A stretch of 64,000 nt of DNA from Setoptus koraiensis (lineage: Eukaryota > Animalia > Arthropoda), in the NCBI GenBank assembly GCA_048013815.1, contig CM106585.1:22134001-22198000 (forward strand), read 5' to 3'. This document shows, one piece after another, positions 36,262-49,213 of the stretch. The position numbers and the translations under genes were made by a program. Numbering within the stretch: the stretch's first letter is position 1; every line of letters begins with the position of its first letter. Under the pieces are notes generated by a model that was given only the letters and a program-made list of their open reading frames with translations, was not told the DNA's origin and searched no databases.

Positions 36262-39200
36262 CAGCCGAATTGCCCGGCTCGCTTCCAAAGAACCGACAGA
36301 ACAGAAAGAATTGAAAGAATCGAACGAATCTAAAGAATCGCTCTATATTTTGCCTAATGATCTATGATGAAAAGAATTGTTCGTCATCATTATTGTTATA
36401 TTTCGTTTGTTGTTTGTGCGCAACGCTTACAAACTGTTGCTCTTGCAATCTGCCAGCAGTATCCATTGTGATGCCGGGCATGAATAATGCCGCTTACAAT
36501 GGATAAAATAGTTGGAAAATACAAGACGAGATATTCTTTGTGAGGTGTCGATGAAAGCAACATCAAATCACCTGCGTCAACGGCCTGCGAATGGCCTGCG
36601 AATAAACTCTGCGAACGGATTGCGCGAATGCGTTCGAGCTGCGATCGAGCATTATCAAGGAAGTGACCACTGCTGATACAACTACGAGATACGAGGCTGG
36701 CATGATACAACTCTTTGCGTTCGTTCGTTTGTTTCGCATCGCAGAAGAGAAATTTCCTCGATTTATCGCTCTTTCGTTTTGTCTCGCCACGGATTTTTGG
36801 TTCGCGTGAGCGGGCAGCGTCGGCTCACAACTCGTGCACAATCAACCTGTGTCCGTGTCATGCCATAATGCCCCGCAACAAACAGTCAACGGGCCCAGAA
36901 CAATCGCAAACGGTGGCTTCCGGTGCCTGGGATCAAACGTGCAAATGGTCCAATTAATTCAATAATTTCCCCTTGTATTTACATCGCCTTGCATTTATCG
37001 TCGTGTATTTATAAGTGGCGCACACTGCCAGTGCGGCCACTGGCAACTTTCACCGCTATCGCCGAGACGAGATCGCCTTTATCGACTTTATGATGCTCGA
37101 CAATAATCCATTTTCACCGTTTTACAATTGCCAATCGCTTGTTTGCTTGCCGTATTGTATTATTGTAATATTGTTGACCGTAGAGAGAGAGAGAGCGCCG
37201 CCTCAATGCCGAATCGAGCGCTCGTTGTTTCGTCCTGCCGTTGCATGCAATATTGCTCTTACACTCGATTGACGGCGATGATTACATAACGATTAAACTT
37301 GTTTATTTTGATGCACTTACAAGTGTTGTGGTTGTCGTTGTTGTTGTTGCTACATCTGGCTATGAGCGGCGGCTATTAATTGGCGCAGTGTGCTGGCTTC
37401 GCTTCACGGTGATATATGATGGTTGTTATCTTTATTTTTATTTTTCTATCGCTCGCCATCGCCCCTTATCCCTCTGTCTGTGCCTGTGTTTGCCTGTGCT
37501 CCTGTGATAAAATGAATGAATGTGCCAGTGGTAAAATGAATGAATGTGCCAGAATAATACCAAAAGAACAGAATGCATCATAACGCATCATGAATGACGA
37601 ACATCTCACAACGGCTTCGTTCGAAGGCTTCATTCGACGGCTTTATCGGCACAACACAATCTAACACTGGCGGCTTCTTGCTGTTGCGTTATCGCATTTT
37701 GCGATATTACTACGCTCACTTCCGTATCCAAAAGCAAACACTCACTTTTTTTTCCTCAAGTACCCATACAACTATTCGCACAAATTATCATTAAAATTGC
37801 CGGTGCAATTGTGTTTAATAAAATGACCATGTCGAGAGTGGTCATTGCACTAATGCTAACTCCGATATTCATGCATTCGCACATGAATATCGGCTTGCTG
37901 GCCCGGCAACAATTTTGCGCCTCCATTGGATTCCGTTGCCGTGCAGTCGCCACCGGTCTGGCCGCTTCACATTGCATCAGAATCAGAATCAGATTCAATT
38001 AGAATTAGAGATTCTGATAGAATTGGATTCTGACAGAGTGCACTAAAATAAATCACCTCTCATTCATGTAAGAGTGATGTAAGAGTGAGTGTTGGTCTAA
38101 TTAGTCTCGAGTCACCTGAATTGTCGATTCAATAGTATTGCGCAATGTTGTGGCGCACGTCATAACGGGGCGCGTTCAATTATCAATTCAATTTCGCGAG
38201 CTCAAAATTAATTGTTGGCGCCATTTAAAAATAATTGTTTCTGTAATTGGCACCTTCTAATAGTTATAGTCCAAATATAATATTTGTATGTATGTGGCCG
38301 CGCAATCGCCATCATCAACATATGCGGCCAATTTAATAAGCAACCAAAATAAAATCGTAGCGGGCTGTCGGTGTTAGCGGCGCCATATGAATCATCACAC
38401 ATTATCATACTTCATCATGAGTAAAAGCGCAACAGATTTCAGAATTCATTTCAAGTCACGCTTTTCAGCTCACAACTTGAGTCACAAGTCAGTGTGTGTG
38501 TGTCATATGATATTGCCGTTAGTGGACTGATTTAAACTGATCCAATGGAGTGATCTCAATAGTAGATTGATTTTGAAAATTAAACAGAACTCATTTCAAT
38601 CTGTTTGCACAATATCGATGGGCAAGATGCAACTGGGCAGACGCTCACTGATCTAATGGAAGCGTCTCGTTGTGTGATGAGCCCCACTATTATCATTTCT
38701 AATTTATTTAGATGTGGTCACGAACGTGGGCAAGTTGCTGTCAATTATTATAAGAACTAACTTATAGAAAAATATATAAATATATTGCAATAATAATAAT
38801 AATAATAATATTGTTATTAAAAAATTATCTAGATCTAGAGCACAGCAAACGGCTAGGGGTCGTGAGTTAGTTAAGAGCGTGTGTCAGTTATACACACAAA
38901 GAGAACTGTCTCGCCCGGTGAGTTCTATATACAAGTTCTCGTTCTAATTATCTGTATTCATTGTTTTTCTCATGCGAACACACACAAACACACTTGTTAC
39001 ATCATTGTATCATCATGGAGTTCATTCATCATCTCATCATGTCAGCGTGTCAGCATCAGTGAGCAGCATGACTGACAATCATGTGAGAGACCAATCATCT
39101 TTTCTATTTGCAAGTGGCAGCCAAAAGAGATTGGCAAGATTGTTGTTGGTCATAAATGGGCCACCGCAACACTCATGACATGATAACTGGCCAGTTAAGA

Positions 39201-40026
39201 CACAGCAAACAAGTGATGACTTTTAAATTAGTTTGCTATATGCCCAACTGATGATTCAGCGAGTCTTTATTTGTTACAGGTCTATTTTGTGGCCATAGTT
39301 AGATGAAAATTATTACGTTGAAAAGCAAGCAAGCAAACAAACAAAGATCGGTGTCTTGTTACACTTCCAGTTTGCTGCCGCTTGTCTATTCACGATGCCT
39401 ATTCACGTATGAATCGTACGAATCGCATGAATCGCATGAATCGCACAAATCGCGTGAATCGTATGAGTCGCATGAATTGCATGAATAGCAACCGGATGCT
39501 AGTATCCGATTGGCAAGCCATGTTGTGTTGCTGCGAATGACTGCACTGGAGAACCTGTTTTGTCTCAGTTGGTGTCGGTGTCGGTGTGAGTGCATTTATG
39601 AAGACGTTCCTATTCATTTGCTCACTATTCATTCGCTCACTAGGCCAGCAGCAAATAATACAAATAATGACGACGATGATACGAGAAAGATAATACATCA
39701 AGATGATAATCTCCGTCTTGGTTGCCCCGCTACCCAGACAGCTACCCAGACAGCTACCCAGATAGCTGCCAAGAGAGCCACACAGAGAGCTACCCAGAGA
39801 GCTGCACAGAGGGAAATCTCTGCGGATCAAATCATATATATGATCAGATTAGATCAGATCTGAGCGGGCCGGATCAAATGGGATCTCTTCAATGGCGGTC
39901 GCCGCCGATAATGGTTATCTGGTGTCGTAGGCATGTCAAGACTGTGCTACTGGCACGGGGCTGGTGTGGTGATGGCGCGCCACTGTCAATCGACAGTGAC
40001 TACTTTTGATTCATCAGTTGCTATTA

Positions 40027-40562
40027 TTTTGTGGGCCAGGGTAATATAATCATTAGATGAGATGAGTTTTACAAGTTGAGTAGTTAGTTGACAGTTGTTA
40101 CTTGAGAGAGAGAGAGAGAGCGAGACCTTGATGAGACGCTATTCACAGGCTATTCCGCACAGAGAATTCATCTTGTCACCACTTGCAGTTACGTAACCGG
40201 CGCAATATCCAAATCGAAGGTCCTCTCACCTGGTGGCACTCACAAGAGTCAGCAGACTGTAGGGTCTAGACAGAGCTGGACAGAGCTGGACAGAGCTGGA
40301 CAGGGCAGCATCTTGACAGCCGGCGACTTGCGGCAAGACGGCTATCGACGAACAACAACGACAACAACAACAAGTGGTCGCCTATTTAAAGGTTGCACCT
40401 GTCGCTTGCTGTCAGACTCCACCTACACTAGTGCGCACAACACACACGCACACACACAATTAACAAACATACAAACATGAGCTAGACAAGGAATACAACA
40501 TTTTGTACACGCTGTTGTCAGTTGGCAGCGGTGGAGACACGAGAGCACACAGTTATCACAGT
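40027..40562. repeat. Dispersed repeat or local duplication, copy 1 (paired with 46792-47216)
   Basis: Collinear shared blocks, e.g. TTTTGTGGGCCAG, GAGACCTTGATGAGAC, CCTCTCACCTGGTG, GTCTAGACAGAGCTGGACAG, CAAGTGGTCGCCTATTTA, TGTCAGACTCCACCTACAC, TACACGCTGTTGTCAGTTGGCA. Confidence 0.9.
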
Positions 40563-43500
40563 CGTACCTTCAATAACTTCATTATCAGCACAACATTATC
40601 ATTACTGTTTATGCCATTATTTATACACACTCAAGGGGCGAATTTTCATTCAATTTTCATTCAATTTTCATTCAATTTTCATTGCCCGAAATGATATAAT
40701 TACAGCTTCGGTGAATGACAGCAAAAGAACACGTTTACATAACCCATACGCTCACAATTGCATTCAATATTTATACTGTAGCCGCAAGCCATAAGTCAGG
40801 GCGTGCGCTCGATTTGTCGTATGTTCACGTGCCACCGATATGTATCCAAATTAAATTAGCATACCAACTTTGTTAGCGCACTATCAGCGTTATATCGAGT
40901 GACAAATCAAATTATTGCAGCCATACGCTCAATTCAAAAATTTTCGTTTGGCTTAAATTTTGTTTGTTTGGCGTGATTGTCTGACAGCGTTGGGCTGTGA
41001 GTTTTCTCTCATGACCAAACAGATCACTTGTCAACAGGCACCAATGCAAGCATCGACGCCACCAATATCTCTAGTCCATCTCAAGGTGCAAGCCACAACG
41101 CCAAATTGACATACGTGCACGAGCAGTGAGTGATGCAACTGGAATTATTATGCAAATAATCAAACTAACAATCAGTCAATATTCAGTCGTAGCACAACAG
41201 TGAGCGGCCACATCTCATCGCATAGGCGTGATCACATACATTGAATGCTTGGCGAACAGCGTTGAAAACGTCGAAACTACATCACCAAATCAACTGCAAT
41301 TACCTAAACAAATTGAATGTGTCGCTAACTACCAACAACAGGTGAGTTTTTGCTCCTTTTGCCCGTTGTTGCGAGCGCTTTTGCGAGCCACCGACAGCCA
41401 GTTGCAGCTACAGTCAATGCATGCCATTTATCAATATTACCTGTGTGAGTTTAGTTTCGATCTCGTCTATCGCAAATAAATGATCTGATTCGTGGCTGCT
41501 GCCGCCGCCGCCGCCGCGCAACACAATAGCTAAACAAACAAACAATAACTACATCCGGTAACTATGTGATATCTTGCCAGCACACAATACCCGAGAAGCA
41601 ACAATATTTTTATCTTGTGTCAGCGATAAAACTGCCTATTTTCTAGGAACAGACAGAAGAGAAAAAGATGTAAAGCAGCGCCACTGTTGACCGGCCAAAA
41701 AAACTCGACTGCTCCGACAAACTCACTAGTGACTCACAAGTTGTGAGTCTCGCGCTAGAGGAATCAGCTAGATGCCAATGGCGATCGACAAGAGCGCATG
41801 TAGAGAGTGTGTTTGACAAAAAGAGGTTAATGCTTTTTCTCCATTGATATCCATCAGGCTCGCTTTGGAAAATATCAACTTTTATCTCGTTTAGACAAGT
41901 TTTCGCCAGTTGAAGCCTGTTGCCGCCGAAAGAAGTGCCAGCGACAGAAAGAAACGGCGGCGCTTCTTTTTCTTTTCCATTCCCATTTATCCGCCAACTA
42001 GATCGCACACACACACACTTTCGTTTGTGTCTGCTTCGAGCGAGCGCTTCGAACAGCCGCCGAAACGGCGCTTCGAATGCCGCCGCGAATGTGTTGTCAA
42101 TGTTCCGAGTAAACAAATGAGCGGAATATGAATGAGCGCAACAACGGCTATCTCATTTCCTCTCCAGTTTGTCGGTCTGTCCGACAAACCGACCGGAGAC
42201 ACCGACAAAACCAGTGATGCCAGCTCACGGTAACTTCATTAGCGCGCCAGCGAAGACTGTCCAATTCAATTGAGATATTCTGGCTAATTCCATTAGCCGG
42301 TTAGCCGGTGTTTGTTGTAGCTGTTCGCTGAGCGAGCCGTCGGTTGATGCGGCCAATTAAAGCTCGACTGTGCTCGCCAGAGAAGCCGCTCGGATGGCTC
42401 CGAACGGCTCCGAACGGCTCCAGCGGCTCAAATGGCTCCAGCGGCTCCGATGGCGTGCAGTGTGTTGCCCAAATATGACTAGCTAATGAGCAGTAGCTAG
42501 TCGGTATCGTCGCTGGGATATCAATCATGCACGATGAACAAAATTGCCGCAAACAAAAAGATCAATATGCCTAAAATGAGCCAACCGATAATAGTAATAA
42601 TAACCGTGATAATATTAATAATAATGATCGTCTGGCGGATTATTTTATTATTATTATCAATATACAGACAGGCTGGCTGTTGCTGCGAGGCGCTGCTGCC
42701 ATTTCGCGCGATTGATGAAATTGAAAAGGGAAACTCGCGAGTCGCGACTAACGCTCGCAAGTTGCAACTTGCAACTTGCGACTGATTGGCCGGCCGCCAA
42801 GACGCCGAGCGAATTGTTCAATCAAACTGTTGTGAGAGCGAGCAATAAATTATTAATTGACGGACATTAATGTTAATATCCATATTCATACCGTGTTTAA
42901 AATATGTTGTGCTAACTCGGTATGAATATACATAATGGTATGAATATAAATATTGTGAATATTGGCTAGCGAGAGCCGCCACTGGAAAGCGTCTCCAATC
43001 ACTACAGTTTGATGTTAAGTGAGCAATTTGGATGGGAGCAGCAGTGTGTGTGTGAGTTGCCATGATTTTATCGATTGCCAAAAAAGATTTATCACCAAAC
43101 AGAAACCGAGAGGGAACCTAAAAGGAACAGGTTTGACAGCGCGTAATGACGATAATAATAATTATGATTATGCCAGCAGCGTGCGCCCGACCAGCTCGGC
43201 GCCCAAGGCCCGCTAGTCGGCACGGCGAGCTCATAACGTATTCATATATATATATATAAAAATATATTCATGATGATAATATCCATCAGTGATCATTTGG
43301 GCAGCCTTATAGGCATTGAATTGGTGTTTTGAATGATGATGATCAGCGCTAATTGGTGTCCCGCTGTTGCCGCCGTTTTAAAGTTGATCGCCGAACAGCT
43401 CACGAGTGTGTGATGAATGACGCCACCAATCGCCCATTGCCAATAGCAAAATGTCGCTGTTGTCGTTGTTGTTGTTGTTGCTGATGATGCAAAGGACAAA

Positions 43501-46500
43501 GTTTGATCGGATTGTTGGCCCACATACGGCATGCAGTTGGGCGCAATAATAGCGAGCTGGCGAGCTACGAAAGTGATTGTCGGTTGCGGTGCCGCAGTGG
43601 TTAGCTTTTAAAATGTCAAGCTAACAAGTTAAAAATGAATCAAAATGCCAGCCAGTCCATCCAGAGAAATGTCGGACAATCACGCACTGTTTGCTTTACC
43701 TGTTCACCTGTTCGCCTGTGGCCGGACATGTGCGCTTTTGTTTTGTCCTTTGGAGGCTCGATGTAGCCGTTGGACAGCATCAATTTGCAACAACATGTCG
43801 CTTGCATCATCATGCTTAAAAATCATGTGAGCCTCATGTGTCTAGACGATCGTCGCATCTTGAATGCTGCTCTCTCAGAGCAAATCTCTGTGAGATCGTT
43901 TCTGAGATGTCCAGTGAGTCGCTTGTGAGTTTCCGGTGTGTGTGTGTGTGTCGTGTCCGGAGAAGTTGTTGCGACACGAAAAAAACACTTGCTGCTGCTG
44001 CTGTTGCGTTAGTTGTTGAGAATTGATGCGATTTGTTGCCATTGGCAAGCGCACCACAAACACGGCCAGTCAAACAAACGGAACACAAACAAAAGTTGGG
44101 TAACAGCGCCGATGAGAAGTTTTTGGCTGCCGCCAAAAGAAGCGGCCAGCTGACAGCAAGTGACAAGTTTACCTGTGAGACGGCGACGACGACGACTACG
44201 ACAGGTAAGGGGTAACAGTAACAAACGGTAAAGTTGTTGTCATAACACATATGTTGTCATGGCATCAGCTGACAGTTCACATCATTTCAAGCTCTGGCCG
44301 GCGCTCTGTCACACAACAACAACGAGTCGAAATGAAACACTTAGGCGCCATCTTGAACCTCGCCAACGATCGAGATTCAAGATTCGCGATGATAATAAGC
44401 GATCAGCTTTTGAGCACAAGATAACAGCTCAAGATAAGTGTGTCTGGCTATCGTCACAATCTTGCGCTGCCATTCTGTTCTTTTCGGCATTCATATCACA
44501 ACAAACTGTTAGCATACGTGAGAAATCAATCATTATCCCCATCATTTCAATGCATTTTATTGCGCAACAACGCACTAACATTACGCAACTGCTCGCCCAT
44601 GTTAACTCGCCCATGTTAGCTCATCTGGCCAGCTCACCTGATCTACTGACCGGATGGTGTGTGCGGCTTGCGGGGAGTGGAGGTTACGTAATGCTGCGAG
44701 TCATCCGGCCGGCATCATCCCTGTGGCCGGCAGCTGCAGGCGGATGCCGGTAGAGGGACGATAATGGTTTTATTTTGAGGGTCGGTCCTGTTCACTCTGA
44801 CGGGTAATCTACACCGGCCTGTCAGTATTAAGTAGTATCAGTGTTAAGTTATCAATCTACAACAGGCCAGAGCAGGAACTCAAGCAAACCGGCCTGTCAA
44901 ACAAACTGGCCTTGGTCAGTTGCGTCACTCACAGTTACGTCCGTTGGCATATTGACCAATCTGACCAGTTTGCTGGCGGCATTGGTGAGCCACTTGTACA
45001 AGTGAACAAGCACAACAACGGCTACACAGCACACGGCTAGCGCTGGCGGTGACTTACGTAATTCGTGAATCAATTTGGTAACGTTCATCACATTTGGCAA
45101 CAAGTGTCACCATGAATTCACAATGAACCGGATAGTGAACCGGACGAAATACCGGCGCCAATAGCTTGACAGCTCACTCAACCGATTGACACACAAGATC
45201 GGCGGCAGCAGCATGCTGACATTCAATGCACTTATACTCATCACGATTGCCTAATTGGCACAGCCACTTGAGCCAGCGCTATTACATGCTGTCACAAGCT
45301 TGCGTAACATTGCGTAACGCGTATGCTCGCTCGGTGTCACCGCTTGGTCTTTGTTCGTTCGTTCGTTTGTTTGTTTGTTTGTTTGTTGTTTGTTGTTTGA
45401 TTTGTTGAACTCGACAAATCAAACAAGAGCGTGTGTGCGTCTACTCATTCATGTCATCATGAGAGATTAATAATCATCATGAGTAATCTAATTCAATCAA
45501 CACATTGAATTAGCTGGCGCTGGTAGCCGTCGAGCGTGTCCGCCGATTGTCAGCGTGCCAGACGGCGCTCTCGAGCTCGCAAACTCGCCCGCAATCACGC
45601 TAATCACGAGTCGCAAAATCTATTCTCTCCTATTCTCTTCTATCTCTCTATTAGCCTTCTATCTCTCTAATAGCTCACCTCTCCGACTAACATCTCAATC
45701 TTGTCAATCTCAGTATCGCCAAGATCGTCAGGTCGCTGTTGGCCCGCATTTGGGCAAAGCCAACGACAGAGGCGACAGCAGTCAAGTTCAAGCCGCCACT
45801 ATTATTGTTGTTGTTGTTGTATTTTTAAGCTAGTTGGCAAAGTTGCCAACAGGTCGTGAATACAAACAATTGCTCGTTTCACTCTCTAACTCTTTCAATT
45901 TGAATGCTGAAATTCCCACACTCTGGCTACTGCCAGCCCGTCAGCTGTTGTCGTCGTTGTTGTTGTTGCCTCCAATAACAACGACAACAGCAGCAACAAC
46001 AGCGACCACAACAGACAAACAATCTCTATTGAGGATTAGCGCCGGCTCAATGATCAAATGCAAAATCGTTTCAAACAAGACAAACATTGCCGTGGCTAGA
46101 TAGATGGCTTGTTGTTGTTGTGAATAGTGCGCGGATCGTGTGGATATGGTGCAAGTCATAAAAGCGCATATTTATGACTTTTTTTCATATTTGTATGTAC
46201 AATGCATTCGTAGTATATAGACAAGTATCGCACGAATATCACAATAATGTGATGATATGAATTCAAAATAGAAAAAAAAAATAATGCAATGAATTGGCTC
46301 GAGCTACCATTGTGATGATGACAACATCACGTCGAGCAATTGAGGCGAAACCAGCGCAAGTGAGCCATTTCGACACAGACGCAACAAGTTGCTGTCATCA
46401 TCTTGTTGTTTCTTGTTTTCTCTTGTCTCTTCAATTCTCACTTGTATTCCATTTAATTGTTACTGTCTCTCTGTCTCTGTGTCTATCGCTCGTTTTAATG

Positions 46501-46791
46501 TTCCTTTCAATTTCGCTATCATTAATCTGGCTCTGTCTGTCATAATCTAATCACTAGACAAACAAACAACTAGTCAGATGATAACGCTCGTCGCTCGTCG
46601 CTCATTATTAGACAAGCTGAGCGGAGCGACTTTGCGTGGGTCCCGTTTTGTTGCTACCACTATCCACTGATATCCACTGATATCCACTGTTATTCACTGG
46701 CTCGTTATCGTAATTTAATTTTGTGTTCTACATGTGTACTGCTAACCTGTAACGTCTACTGCCACTTGTCGATCACCGGTGGCTGCTGTTG

Positions 46792-47216
46792 TTTTGTGGG
46801 CCAGCGCAAATTAATTATTTGATGAGATAACTTTTACAAGTAGTGTCAGTTGAAAGAGAGCAACACAGAGACCTTGATGAGACTGTATTCATAGATTCAT
46901 AGAATTTATCCTGTCACAGCCGCGCCACTTGTTGTCACGTAACTGGCGCCCAGATCGAAGGCCCTCTCACCTGGTGAGAATCACCTGACTGTGGTGTCTA
47001 GACAGAGCTGGACAGAGCAGCATCTTGACGGCAGGGGAACGCCGGCGACTTGCGCCAAAACTATCAACAACAACAACAACAAGTGGTCGCCTATTTAGAG
47101 GGTGCACCTATCGCCTGCCTGTCAGACTCCACCTACACAAGTGCGCACAACGTTTCATACACGCTGTTGTCAGTTGGCAATGGTCGAGACACACGACAGC
47201 ACACAGTCATAGCCAG
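46792..47216. repeat. Dispersed repeat or local duplication, copy 2 (same orientation as 40027-40562)
   Basis: Same blocks in the same order, with substitutions and indels. Confidence 0.9.
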
Positions 47217-47326
47217 TTTAATAACTTTATTACTAACATAATATTATTATTTTGTTATTTATAACCCATTATTTATACACGAATCATAAAAAGATCACCA
47301 AAGATCGGCCACAATCGACAGCCAAA

Positions 47327-47905
47327 ATGGATAACGAATTATTTCTCAAACAGTTGAAAGAGAAACAGCGTCAAATGCTCTCCAATATGTCGCCAATGAA
47401 GCCGGCGGCCCAGCCGCTAGGCGACCGCGTCAACTCCAGCGACACCCCAATCAAGATCAACAGCAACAACAACAACAACATCAACTCTGACAGCCCGTTC
47501 AAGAGCAACAACTGCGACAGTCCGCTCAAGAGCAACAATTGTGACGGCGGCCTGTTCAAGAGCAACAATTGTGACACCCTGATCAAGAAACAGAACAGCA
47601 ACAGCAGCTTTTCGACATTGTGTAAAAAGAAGCGTCGGGCGCCCCCGCCGCCGCCGCCACCTCCGCCAGCGCCCTTGTCGCCCTCATTGGCCGGCTCGCT
47701 GTCGCCGCCCTCGTCGGGCTCGCTGTCGCCCTCGCCGCCGGCCTCGCTGTCGTCAACGTTGCCTTCGTCTAGAGGATCCACGCCCAGCCCCCACAGTCTC
47801 ATTTACGACAGGGATATTTCAATAGATAAATTATCGCCTAGGCCGCCCAAAGTACAATTGTCAAATTTTCGTATCACATCCTATGTAGAAAGTCACGCTG
47901 TGTAG
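47327..47905 (+). CDS. Intronless Pro/Ser-rich protein, 192 aa, with KKKRRAPPPPPPPPP motif; function unknown
   Basis: ATG in AAAATGG context after an AT-rich leader; C/G-ending codon bias; three KSNNCD repeats; TAG at 47905 followed by AATAAA at 47925-47930. Confidence 0.62.
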   Translation: MDNELFLKQLKEKQRQMLSNMSPMKPAAQPLGDRVNSSDTPIKINSNNNNNINSDSPFKSNNCDSPLKSNNCDGGLFKSNNCDTLIKKQNSNSSFSTLCKKKRRAPPPPPPPPPAPLSPSLAGSLSPPSSGSLSPSPPASLSSTLPSSRGSTPSPHSLIYDRDISIDKLSPRPPKVQLSNFRITSYVESHAV

Positions 47906-47966
47906 CGAAGCTATGGCAACAATGAATAAATGATATCATAAAATGATCCTCACCTAACATCAACTA

Positions 47967-48040
47967 GTCAGCGTGGCGCAATCGGCTAGCGCGTTTGGCT
48001 GTTAACCAAAAGGTTGGTGGTTCGAATCCACCCGTTGACG
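47967..48040 (+). tRNA. tRNA-Asn: tRNA-Asn (anticodon GTT), intronless
   Basis: Acceptor stem GTCAGCG/CGTTGAC; A-box TGGCGCAATCGG; anticodon arm TTTGG-CTGTTAA-CCAAA; T arm GGTGG-TTCGAAT-CCACC; followed by the T-rich Pol III terminator TTTCTTTTT. Confidence 0.98.
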
Positions 48041-48153
48041 ATTTCTTTTTGCCACTTTTCTATCGCCTGCCACTGTGCGAGTTTTGTGTGCAGCCGCGCA
48101 CTGTCGGCGCACACCGCAGTGATTCTGTAGCAATTCCAGTGACAACGGACGCC

Positions 48154-48240
48154 ATTATTTGTTTATTTCAATTGATTATTTGTTTATTTCAATTGATTAT
48201 TTGCTTATTTCGATTGATTATTTGTGTTTATTTCGATTGA
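48154..48240. repeat. 21-bp tandem repeat ATTATTTGTTTATTTCAATTG, 4 copies; three carry AATAAA on the minus strand
   Basis: Units start at 48154, 48175, 48196 and 48217. Confidence 0.9.
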
Positions 48241-48364
48241 TTGACACAGTTTTATCATCTGATATTGTTATCTATCATGTTAAATATCGGCCTTGTCTCC
48301 CCGTCGGCGCACATCGAAATCGGCGCTGAAATTGCGGGCGCAAATCACGCGCCGCCGGCGGATT

Positions 48365-49213
48365 TCAGTCGGATCCAAAAATGGGAGTCGTGGTGATGAC
48401 CGGCCGCTTGGCGTCCCACAGACCGGTGAGGGTGGCCTCGATGCCGTCGAAGAAATAGTGCATGTCGAAGCCGAGCATTTGCAGTTGCTGGTCGGCGTCA
48501 AGTTGTCAGTGTTACATGATAAATTATAAAATAAAAATGAATTGAGTTGAATAGATTGGTCAGGGGCGGCAGAGAATGGGACTAGTGTGACGACACTGCA
48601 TTAACTGCAATTGATAATTACCTTTGCCAGGTCGGCCAGGTACGCGTAGGCCGGCACGCCATCGATGCTGATCAAATGGGGCTCGAACGAGCCCGTCTCG
48701 AACGCCTCCCTGATGGCCGGATAAAAGTGTTCGCGTGCCAGGGCCAATTTTTGCAATATCTGCTCGTGGCTCCATTTGGGCACCTGGGTCTTGTTGCGCA
48801 ATATGAGGCCGTATCTGATACGCGCGTCTCTCAAGAATGTGTTCAGATTTCTGAGGCCCTCGTGATTTAGATGATCCCTGACGAACGGTTCAACTCCGGC
48901 GGCCAGTTCATTGATAGCGATTGCCTTTAATGTGGCGTCGTCACGATTCTCGAGCAGACTCTTCACTGCCTGGCTCAACCTGGAAACGGTCTGATTGTTG
49001 CAATTGCATGATATAGGGAATAGGGAATAGGGATTGCTCATTATTAGCTCATTATACATGCAGATAGACGGCGTATGTCACTGTCGCAACACTGTCGTCA
49101 CATTGTTGCTCGTGTTTACCTACCTGTTCGACGTTGTCGTCGGCGTGGGCCCACATTGTGGGACCCACAGCGACCAGGGCGAGCGCACAGGCGAAAATTG
49201 TTTGCGACAGCAT
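48365..49213 (-). CDS. Three-exon secreted protein, 193 aa, join(49213-49124, 48990-48622, 48487-48365); no recognised family
   Basis: Exon 1 MLSQTIFACALALVAVGPTMWAHADDNVEQ|gtaggt; exon 2 aatcag|TVSRLSQ...ADLAK|gtaatt; exon 3 gaccag|QLQMLGFDMHYFFDG...GSD*. All junctions are phase-0 GT-AG, introns are 133 and 134 nt, exon lengths (90, 369, 123 nt) are multiples of 3, and codons are strongly C/G-ending. Confidence 0.85.

Noticed and set aside
40250-40300. Minus-strand LDPT codons recalling tarsal-less/pri LDPTGxY peptides
   Set aside because: It reads LDPTVC*, the second repeat copy reads LDTTVR*, and the GxY is absent.
41643-44753. 157-aa (41643-42116), 164-aa (44259-44753) and TM-like (42521-42760) ORFs, plus a good donor at 44203
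   Set aside because: Possibly real exons, but there is no recognisable domain or complete model.
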